A stretch of 62,970 nt of DNA, counting the filler, from Intoshia linei (Eukaryota; Animalia; Orthonectida): NCBI GenBank assembly GCA_001642005.1. It is 12 parts of 12 records of this genome, joined end to end, with 100 filler letters (N's around TTAATTAATTAA, not from the genome) between each part and the next. Parts side by side here need not be neighbours in the genome. Positions count along the whole stretch, not along the records: positions 52,152 to 55,901 come from LWCA01002041.1; positions 56,002 to 57,115 come from LWCA01002804.1; positions 57,216 to 60,232 come from LWCA01002203.1; positions 60,333 to 61,772 come from LWCA01002613.1; positions 61,873 to 62,970 come from LWCA01002790.1; 7 more parts are not named here. One strand, written 5' to 3'. Shown here piece by piece: positions 52,962 through 62,970 of the stretch (within the stretch, counting starts at the first letter, position 1; the number at the start of each line of letters is the position of its first letter). Under the pieces are notes generated by a model that was not told the origin of the DNA, did no database searches, and worked only from the letters and a program-made list of their open reading frames with translations. Position numbers and translations under genes: made by a program.

Positions 52962-54240
52962 ATGTCACGAAAGTGTTCATCAGCAAATTGTCGTACGAAT
53001 TATGATGAAGGATCTGTGAAGGTGAAAACCTATGGATTTTCATCCAATGAAGAGGAAAAAGTAAAATGGATAAGTTCCATGCCTAATTGTTTTTCTGATG
53101 GTGTTACAAAAAATATGTGTGTGTGAGAAACGCTGGTCGGAGAATTATCCTACTAAAAAGTATATGGTAGATTTAGGCCAGTAATCCTCCTTCAATACTT
53201 GATAGACAGTTTAGTAGTAGGAATATTTCAATTCAAGATCGCAACTCAAAGGATAAACTTTCTGAATTTCAAGTCATTGATGCCTTTCCTCTTGATTGAC
53301 AAGTTTTTTCTACTGATTTGATCCAAAAATATAAAACATTTATATAGTAATAAAAATAATGACGAATCGATTATCATGAAACTTTTAGAATTTGACGATT
53401 GTATTGCACCAAAAATTGACAGACAATTCAGGGTAATCAGGGCTTTTAAATATAGCTCCAAGATTGTTATTCCGTATTCCATGTTACGTTTCAATCGGAA
53501 AATAAATAAATGGAGTCAACTAGATGCAGTGTTACACTTTTGTTCAATTTCAAAACCAAATTACATTACTGAATGAATGGAAACTAGCCAAATCCAATGC
53601 AACTAGTGCGTTATGTGTTTAATGGGGATTTTGAAGATGAATTTCTTTTTTGTAAAAATTTAGAATCTAGAACTACAGCTAAATAAGTTTTTAAGAAGGT
53701 TTCGAATTTCTTTGAAGCAAATTTCCTTGTTGGATTCAAAAGCATCAACAATTTCTGATGGTATTATAAATATATTAGAATCTTATATTATTATTCTTAA
53801 TTACATATTATACCTATAAAATAAAGCTTTTCAATTTTGAAATTTTCAATTCTCAACAATTGTCTTTTTGAGTTCGACGAATTTTTAAATTATTATTAAA
53901 AATTAAAAGATTAAAAATTTGCAATAGCTTGAATATACAGGATTTCGATACAATAGATCTTCATTGAAACTCCCCTTGTTGTATTATAGAGACTACTCTA
54001 GAAGATTGTTTAAAAATTGACGACAAACTAAGTGACACCCAAAATAGTATTTTATTTTTTGTAAGTGGCTATATAACGTTCAAAGAAAAATTGCTAGAAA
54101 TGGATATTACTGAACATGACATTTCAAAAGAGATTGCATTTTTAGATTTGGTTTCAAGGGGAAAATTGAAAATACCCAATTTTGAACTGTACTTTTTTTC
54201 CCAATCTTGCTATAATTTTTTTTTACAAATGAAATCTAAA
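52962..54240 (+). mobile_element. THAP-domain / P-element-like transposase relic
   Basis: MSRKCSSANCRTNY...YGF...W...P...VC THAP pattern (frameshifted); C-terminal FFVSGYI...FLDLVSRGKLKIP. Catalytic core missing. Confidence 0.72.
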
Positions 54241-54348
54241 AAATGCATCAAAATTTTTTAGTTTTTACATTTTTAGGGTTGTTAAATATTTATTCTTGAT
54301 CATACACTTGATATGATATAAGAAAATGTCTTAAATCATAAACCAGGA

Positions 54349-55180
54349 GTGTTTAAATTAATTACAATTGGGTGCCTAAGACTTATGTCAGGCACTGTAG
54401 GTATAACGGCACATTGTTTCAATCTAGACAAGAAACGTTTGAAATCTGTTGCCCTACATGTCACTGTTTTCCAAATCTTCATAAGAGTGTTCGAGTTTAT
54501 GAACCAATTAAAGAGATACTCCAAGAATGGGATCTTAATGAAGAGAATGTCATAAGATTTGTGACTGATCAAGGAGCCAACATTGTAGCAGCACTGAAAG
54601 AGAGTGTTATTGAATAGCAGGAGTATTAAAATTCTGATTCAAGTAAAATATCAGATACAAATGAAATTGAAGAAGATTTGTATGAAGTTTTCCCCCGTAG
54701 ACTATCGTGCTACGCGCATGTAATGAATTGATGAAAAACCAGATATTGCCACTTATCTCTCGCTTTAACCATTCCAGTGTAGCTAAGCTTTACTGGAAAA
54801 AAATTGTTAAAAATTGCTATAACTCGCCGGAATTCGTTTTTTTATGTTTGTAACCGCTTAAAAGATATGAAAAATGAAAATGTTGAATATTCCTTAAGAA
54901 AGACTAGCATATTACGTTTTAATGGGCTGAGGTAGATTTATGCTGTGATTTATTGAAACCCATCTGATATTACTACATTATTAGAAGGTGACCTGTATCA
55001 AACAGCATCAATAATATTACCATCCTTATTTTCAATTATGAAAAATTTAGATGATAATAACAATAAATTCGAAGTATTATTTCCTGGAGTTACGAAAAAC
55101 CTGAACATTGAAATAAAAAAACGATTCTGCAAATATATTAATATAGATGATTTGTCATTTGCAGCATGATGGACCCAGAT
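54349..55180 (+). mobile_element. hAT (Ac/ZBED1-like) transposase relic
   Basis: GITAHCF; IKEILQEWDL...FVTDQGANIVAA; LSCYAHVMN (CxxH); TR(W)NS-like motif; frameshifts. Confidence 0.85.
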
Positions 55181-57215
55181 AAATCTATTCAATTACCCCA
55201 AAATTTATTTGATCATGGGAAAAAAGAATGTTAATGTTTAATGTTTTATTAAAAATTTCTTTGCGCAACTCAATCAGACACTTTGATGTGAAAATTAAAC
55301 TCACATAGTAGTTTGAATATAAATACTAGCTTAATTTTTCCTACCTCAACAAGAAACTCGTAAAATTTCTACTTTTTAAATCACCCTAATATATAAATTT
55401 TTAAATCAGTTTGATTCTGTAATAACTGATAATTCTTTAGCCAGTTCTATAACAATTTATAATAAAAAAACTATTTAAAGTTTGGTTTATCTAATTTAAA
55501 TTTTCAATTCGTAATAAGTTATGATGAAATATGACTCATAACCTTTTTTATTGTCGAATTTCGTCGAACTTTAATTTTACTGATTATTTTTACTTAATCT
55601 TTATTCTTACTTATATACTTATTTATACTGATATTTTAATGGTTAATGTTTCTAATACTACAACTAAAAGCCAGAAAGAGCGTTCCGGTAATATAAAGAT
55701 AAAGGCTAAGAGATGTTCTGATTTTCCTCGATTGGAGGAAAGCCTTGAAAAAACTAATACGAGTTCCAAACATTCAATCCATTATTGGAAGATACCTTGC
55801 GGTTATAGAATGCTCCAGATCGAATAACATGTTACGCATAGCACAAGAAGTGACAAATTTATTTTTGATTAAATTTAACATTAGACCCATTTGTGTGACT
55901 ANNNNNNNNNNNNNNNNNNNNNNNNNNNNNNNNNNNNNNNNNNNNTTAATTAATTAANNNNNNNNNNNNNNNNNNNNNNNNNNNNNNNNNNNNNNNNNNN
56001 NACTTAAAATAAATTTAACTATAATACTAATCATAATATAACACAAATCATTATTTTTTTAAACAATATCAAATTATAAGTAATATTACATTTATATATT
56101 CTATAAGAAATATAAAAATTTATTTAAGTAATGTAACACAAATTTAATATAAAATTTAATTATAATAGATATCATAATATAAAACATAAATTAATAATAA
56201 TAATAATAAATAATGAAATAACATCGCAGCCTACCCTAATGTCTAAAATATAATTAATTTAAAATAACAATAAAAAGTACGTTTTTGTTCCACAAAATTA
56301 ACACACGCTTTGATAGTTTTAGCATATTTTTGCTTGATAAGTTTAACTGGTAAACGTTTTTTAAAAATTGAGTGATCAATTACATCATGTTCAAGATTTA
56401 CATCAAATTACCTAAAAAATGATTTAGTGTTAACTGATTTACAAAGTTGTAATGATAATTTATTTTTAATTAGTCCCAAATCGTATCTAAAGTTATTGNC
56501 ATCGCAGCCTATCCTAATGTCTAAATTATAATTAATTTAAAATAAAAATAAAAAGTACGTCTTTGTTTCACAAAATTAACACACGCTTTAATAATTTTAG
56601 CATATTTTTGCTTTTTTAGTACAACTGGTAAACGTCTTCTAAAAATTGATTGATCAATTACATTATTTTTAAGGTTTACATCAAATTACATACAAAGTGA
56701 TTTAGTGTTAACTGATTTACAAAGTTGTAATGATGATTTATCTTTAATTAGTCCCAAATCGTATCTAAAATTTTTGTTTAGTTTAAATAATTTTTACAAT
56801 TTTATTAATAATTTTGGAGTAGCAGTAATTCTATAAGGGTGGTTTTTTTCTAAATCTTTAATCTTTTTAGTCAAGTTCACAATGCAATTTGATAGTTTAT
56901 TATAACTAAATTTTATGTATTTATTTTTTTTAATTAATTTACGCAGACATGTTTTTTTATCTTATGAACATGATACTTTTTCATCAACATGTTTTTTTGA
57001 CTTGGTTCGTCTGACCATGTTATAAAATCTACATTTTTTATTAATTTTTTTTTGTGAAACCTTAATTGTCGCATTAATATTAAATTATGTAAATGTAGGT
57101 GACTTTATTTGTATTNNNNNNNNNNNNNNNNNNNNNNNNNNNNNNNNNNNNNNNNNNNNTTAATTAATTAANNNNNNNNNNNNNNNNNNNNNNNNNNNNN
57201 NNNNNNNNNNNNNNN

Positions 57216-60200
57216 TGACGGAATTAAGCTAAAAACGACAAACAACGTATTATACATTTATTTTGTTATAAATTACAATTTTTTAACTAAAAGATTGTAA
57301 AAATCTTAATTATTAAGATAAATAAATTAATAACATGCTAATTGTGACAAAATTAAGCTAAAAACGACAAACAACGTATTATACATTTATTTTGATATAA
57401 ATTACAATTTTTTAACTAAAAGTTTGTAAAAATCTTAATTATTTAGATAAATAAATAAATAACATGCTTATTGTGACAAAATTAAGCTTAAAACAACAAA
57501 CAACGTATTATACATTTATTTTGATATAAATTACAATTTTTTAACTAAAAACTTGTAAAAATCTTAATTATTAGTGTAAATAAGTAAATAACATGCTAAT
57601 TGTGACGAAATTAAGCTAAAAACGACAAACAACGTAATATACATACATTTTGTTATCAAATACAATTTTTTAACTAAAAATTTCTAAAAATCTTACTTAT
57701 TTGTGTAAATGAGAAAATAACATGCTATATGTGACGAAATTAAGCTAAAAACGACAAACCACGTATTATACATAAACCTTTTTATGAAATACAACTTTTA
57801 AACTAAAAATTTGTAAAAATCTTAATTATTCGTTTATATAAGTAAATAACATGCTAATTGTTACGGAATTGAGCTGAAAACCACAAACAACGTATTATAC
57901 ATTTATTTTGTTATCAAATACNACGTATTATACATAAACCTTTTTATGAAATACAACTTTTAAACTAAAAATTTGTAAAAATCTTACTTATTTGTGTAAA
58001 TGAGTAAATAACATGCTATATGTGACAAAATTAAGCTAAAAACGACACACAACGTATTATACATAAACCTTTTTATGAAATACAACTTTTAAACTAAAAA
58101 TTTGTAAAAATCTTAATTATTCGTTTATATAAGTAAATAACATGCTAATTGTTACGGAATTGAGCTGAAAACCACAAACAACGTATTATACATTTATTTT
58201 GTTATCAAATACAATTTTTTAACTAAAAATTTGTAAAAGTTTTAATTATTAATGTATATCAGTAAATAACATGCTATATGTGACGAATTAAGCTAAAAAC
58301 GACAAACAACGTAGTATACATAAACCTTTTACGAAATACAACTTTTAAACTAAAAATTTTAATTATTCGTGTATATCAGTAAATAACATGCTATTTGTGA
58401 CAAAATAAAGCTAAAAACGACTAACAACGTATTATACATAAACCTTCTTATAAAATACTATTTTAAAACTAAAAATTTGTATAAATCTTAATTATTTGTG
58501 TAAATGAGTATATAACATGTTAATTATGACGGAATTAGCTGGAAACGACAAACAACGTAATATACATTTATTTTGTTATCAAATACAATTTTTTAACAAA
58601 ATTTGTAAAAATTTTGATTATTCATCTAAATGAGTAAATAACATGCTAATTGTGACAAAATTGAGCTGAAAACGACAAACAACGTATTATACATTCATTT
58701 TGTTATCAAATACATTTTTTTAATTAAAAATTTGTAAAAATCTTAATTATTATTGTAAATAAGTAAATAACATGCTAATTGTTACCTAATAAAGCTAAAA
58801 CGACAAACAACGTATTATACATAAACCTTATTATGAAATACAACTTTTAAATTTAAAAGTTAGTATAAATCTTAATTATATGTGTAAATGAATAAATAAT
58901 ATGCTAATTGTGACGAAATTAAGCTAAAAACGACAAACAACGTATTATACATAAACCTTCTTATAAAATACCACTTTTAAACTAAAAATTTGTATAAATC
59001 TTAATTATTTGAGTAAATAAGTGTATAACATGCAATATAGTACGGAATTAAGCTAAAAAAACAAACAACGTATTATACATAAACCTTATTATGAAATACA
59101 ATTTTAAATTTAAAAGTTTGTATAAATCTTAATTATTTGTGTAAATAAATAAATAATATGCTAATTGTAACGGAATTAAGCTTAAAACAACAAACAACGT
59201 ATTTTACATAAACCTTTTTATGAAATACCACTTTTAAACTAAAAATTTGTATAAATTTTAATTATTCGTGTAAACAGGTAAATAACATGCTTATTGTTAC
59301 GAAATAAAGCTGAAAACGACAAACAACGTTTTATACATAAACCTTATTATGAAATACAACTTTTAAATTAAAAGTTTGTATAAATCTTAGTTATTTGTGT
59401 AAATGAGTAAATAATATGCTAATTGTGACGGAATTAAGCTTAAAACGACAAACAACGTATTATACATAAACCTTCTTATGAAATACAATTTTTAAATTGA
59501 AAGTTGGTATAAATCTTAATTATTTGTGTAAATAAGTAAATAATATGCTAATTGTAACGGAATTAAGTTTAAAACGACAAACAACGTATTATACATAAAC
59601 CTTTTTATAAAATACACTTTTAAACTAAAAATTTGTATAAATCTTAACTATTATTGTAAATAAGTATATAACATGCTTATTGTTACGGAATAAAGCTGAT
59701 AACGACAAACAACGTATTTTACATCTATTTTGTTATAAAATACAATTTTTTAACTGAAAATTTGTATAAATTTTAATTAATCGTGTAAATAAGTAAATAA
59801 CATGCTATATGTGACGGAATTAAGCTAAAAACGACAAACAACGTATTATACATAAACCTTCTTATGAAATACCACTTTTAAACTAAAAATTTGTATAAAT
59901 CTTAATTATTTGTGTAAATAAGTAAATAACATGCAATATGTGACAGAATTAAGCTAAAAACGATTAACAACGTAATATACATTTATTTTGTTATAAAATA
60001 CAATTTTTTAACTAAAAATTTGTAAAAATTGTAATTATTTGTTTAAATGAGTATATAACATGCTAATTGAGACGGAATTGAGCTGAAAACGACAAACAAC
60101 CTAATATACATTTTTTTTGTTATCAAATACAATTTTTTAACTACAAATTTGTGAAAATTTAAATTATTTGTGTATATCAATAAATAACATGCTATATGTG

Positions 60201-60232
60201 ACGGAATTAAGTTAAAAACGACAAACAACGTA
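57216..60232. repeat. 129-bp tandem satellite, ~23 copies, bounded by gaps
   Basis: Monomer TGACGGAATTAAGCTAAAAACGACAAACAACGTATTATACA... restarts at 57216, 57345, 57474, 57603 and onward. Confidence 0.95.
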
Positions 60233-60331
60233 NNNNNNNNNNNNNNNNNNNNNNNNNNNNNNNNNNNNNNNNNNNNTTAATTAATTAANNNNNNNNNNNN
60301 NNNNNNNNNNNNNNNNNNNNNNNNNNNNNNN

Positions 60332-61185
60332 NTTTTCCATTTAGAGATACACAGCTTCATTACCGTGACACTATCGGAATTTGTAGTCTTTTTGGTTTAT
60401 TCTTAAAACTGCTCTCTCCAATAAAATTCCTCATTAATAACACTTTTTTGCGGTCACTTATATTATCATAATTGAATTCTATATAATCTTCAAATAACCT
60501 TATCCATGTTCCTGGATTGATGTTTATTTCACCTTAATCATTAAGCAATATCGGTGGTTTGTCCATTTTGAATCTTGAGAAAAATCAACTTGTAGTATTT
60601 TAAACAGTTTAATTTAACAGAAGCTACAACATAGTAAATTATATATTCTTTTAGATTTATTAATTACTTGATTGTAAGATTCTGGATTGATCGATATTAA
60701 CTTGTAAATTTAGATTTAATTTACTTTATTTATAAGTTGATATAGATACAGTATGAATATACTACTCCATTTATGATAATAGTAATGTGTATCGTTAATA
60801 TGGTTTAATTAGTTCGATAAAATATAATCTTGTATCTTTAGAATATTTCAATAATTGGTGTTGCCAGAATTCTACTATAAGTTTATTGTTAGGTATAGTA
60901 ATGGATACATTTAGGTTACTCCTCCCCCTTAAAAGAAAAGGAAACAAAATATTTATATTTTGTTGGTAGTTGGCGGTGACGTGTTGAATTTGAAGGCATT
61001 AGTTATAGTTCTTTATCATGGACTGGTTTTAGTTTTATTTCTCTCTATAAATGGAAGTTGTTTGATTGTTGTGGGCGTTGGAATGGTCTTGATTGTTTCT
61101 GTTTTATCAGGGTCTGTCTTTATTCCTTCAGAGGTTACAACATGACCCAAAAATTTTACAGATTTAGCGCCTATTATACATTTTA
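60332..61185 (-). mobile_element. Ty3/gypsy relic: RT thumb - PPT - LTR - gag start
   Basis: CIIGAKSVKFLGHVVTSEGIKTDPDK (~61060-61180); polypurine AAGGGGGAGG at 60930-60921; candidate LTR AGTAA...TTACT at 60920-60633; gag-like MDKPP...WIRLFEDYI...KKVLLMRNFIG. Confidence 0.72.
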
Positions 61186-61682
61186 TAATTATTCAATGAA
61201 ATAATTCTTTTTACGATAAATTTTAGATTAAAAATCAAAGAAATTAACATGCAGTATTCTCTCCACAACTCGCTAATTTTATATTTCGTTAAATGATTAT
61301 TACTGTAATATAGAAATATAAACATTATTTTCTATAACTGGCCAATTCACCTACTCGACATTAATTTAAAATATAAAACCATTTTTCAAAATTAGATACG
61401 ATTTTATGTACGTTGTTTACATTTGAATGTATGTATGTAATTTTTTAAATCACGTTGAAATTTAAAATGCTTCTAAGTCGCAAAAGAGATGGTTGAATAG
61501 TGCAGATGGATAATTTATTTAGACAAGGGGAATCTGTATATTACGCTTAAAAAATTCTTTATGTTCTATTTACTCAACCCATTTTTTAATTTAACACGTA
61601 AATGTAATTTTTACAAAATATTTAATTAAAAAAATAAATAATTAATTTCAATTGTAAAAATGGATTTTTTGATACGATAGAT

Positions 61683-61772
61683 CAGGGGTGCACAACGTGC
61701 GGCCGTGAGAGCGTTTATGTGCGGCCGTGGGCAATACATCTGATTATTTTACATTACATCATTTTACTTCAA
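61683..61772. mobile_element. hAT element left end (same family as 19775-20778)
   Basis: CAGGGGTGCACAAC...GCGGCCGTGGGCAATACAT...CATTTTACTTCAA, truncated by a gap. Confidence 0.8.
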
Positions 61773-62465
61773 NNNNNNNNNNNNNNNNNNNNNNNNNNNN
61801 NNNNNNNNNNNNNNNNTTAATTAATTAANNNNNNNNNNNNNNNNNNNNNNNNNNNNNNNNNNNNNNNNNNNNGTCAATAAAATTAGCATTATCATCGAAT
61901 TTTTAGTGCTATAAAATGTCGACTCTTATAATAAGTTAACATTATTTGTAATAATGTTACTATTACTAATTTGTATACAACTCAATATAAGAAATTCACC
62001 TTAACATTGTTCTATTTTAGTTATACAAACCTCGGTCTGACACATACTCGTATTTTGGGCAATTTTACTTTGGTCTATCATCAATATAATCTAATTTTTT
62101 TACTGAAAAAACTGATGTAGACCCGTTCATAATGTTTTGTGTATATTACTTTATCATGTATTATTCAAAAACTCATAATACTAAGAAATATGACCATTTA
62201 ATGATTTTTATTTAAAAAAAATAAATTCTGTTAACTAGGGTGTTACTCTGTGGAAAAATTCCAAATTAATGTAATTGAAAATCTACATAATTATTTAATA
62301 AGGACTTAGACTATATTTATAACAATGCCATTGCAATATATGTGAAATTAACCCCGCTGTTGTGGCAAACATTTTGTAAATATAATTCCTATAATTATAA
62401 TGATTACATTAATTTTAAATTATATTTTTTTATTAATTCAAGCATACTATGACACACTTATGATT

Positions 62466-62970
62466 CTATTTCAACATTATATCCAACAAAAATGCCATGT
62501 TTAGAAGAAAATCTGCATCGGTCAATATACATTCTTTCTCTAAAGTTTTAAAAAAATTGATTATGGGTTGTTTCAATTCAAATACTTTTTTCAAAACCTT
62601 TGCTTGAGACAGCCATCTAACGCTGGAGTGATATATGATATCGTTTTTCTCTTGAAATTCTTCATTTTGCAGCATTGTGCGAAATTGTCTGTGTCGTGTA
62701 GAATTGGAGCGAATAAAAATTACAATTGAATTGATTTTTTGGAATGTATCATCGAGAAGAATATATTGTATGTGGGCTGAAATTTTTTCGCAAATGTGCA
62801 AGAAATCCTGAATTTTTACCAAGCATGGCAGGTGCTCCGTCTGTACAAATACTTATCATATTTTCTTACTTAAGATCATATTGAACAAACAGCTCGTTGA
62901 CTTGATTATAAACATGCAATCCTCGAGCCTGTCCAGTGATCGTCTGCATACCTAACAATTCTTCAAAAAG
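62466..62970 (-). mobile_element. hAT transposase relic (SPIN/GTF2IRD2-like core)
   Basis: ICTDGAPAM; IVIFIRSNSTRHRQFR; YHSSVRWLSQAKVLKKVFEL; MAFLLDI. Confidence 0.88.

Noticed and set aside
57216-60232. CRISPR-like array
   Set aside because: The whole 129-bp unit is repeated with no unique spacers; eukaryotic context and no cas genes

Overview
This is an AT-rich, intron-containing animal genomic window, not prokaryotic. It is stitched from contigs by eleven artificial 100-bp gaps (44 N + TTAATTAATTAA + 44 N), so adjacency across gaps is unreliable. Host genes rebuilt by hand-splicing: voltage-gated Ca channel beta subunit (CACNB, +), CCDC166/CCDC121-like ciliary coiled-coil protein (-), NDUFB7 (-) head-to-head with an MTERF3-like gene (+) with only 58 bp between start codons, a coiled-coil/death-domain protein (+), CCT3 (+, 16 introns mostly 35-56 nt), a multi-alpha-crystallin-domain small-HSP-like gene (-) with one in-frame TAA, and a probable orphan micro-intron gene with a deleted duplicate. 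There is one intact solitary 5S rRNA gene and one 5S pseudogene. Much of the rest is decayed mobile DNA: a non-autonomous Helitron-like family with clean A|TC...hairpin-CTAG|T ends, hAT elements with 8-bp TSDs, pogo- and piggyBac-like MITEs, THAP/P-like and other DDE transposase relics, Ty3/gypsy fragments and a 129-bp satellite. Tiny introns and tight gene packing suggest a compact invertebrate genome, for example an orthonectid (inference only). I found no clear-cut new multi-gene system. Exon boundaries were derived by eye and need RNA-seq confirmation.
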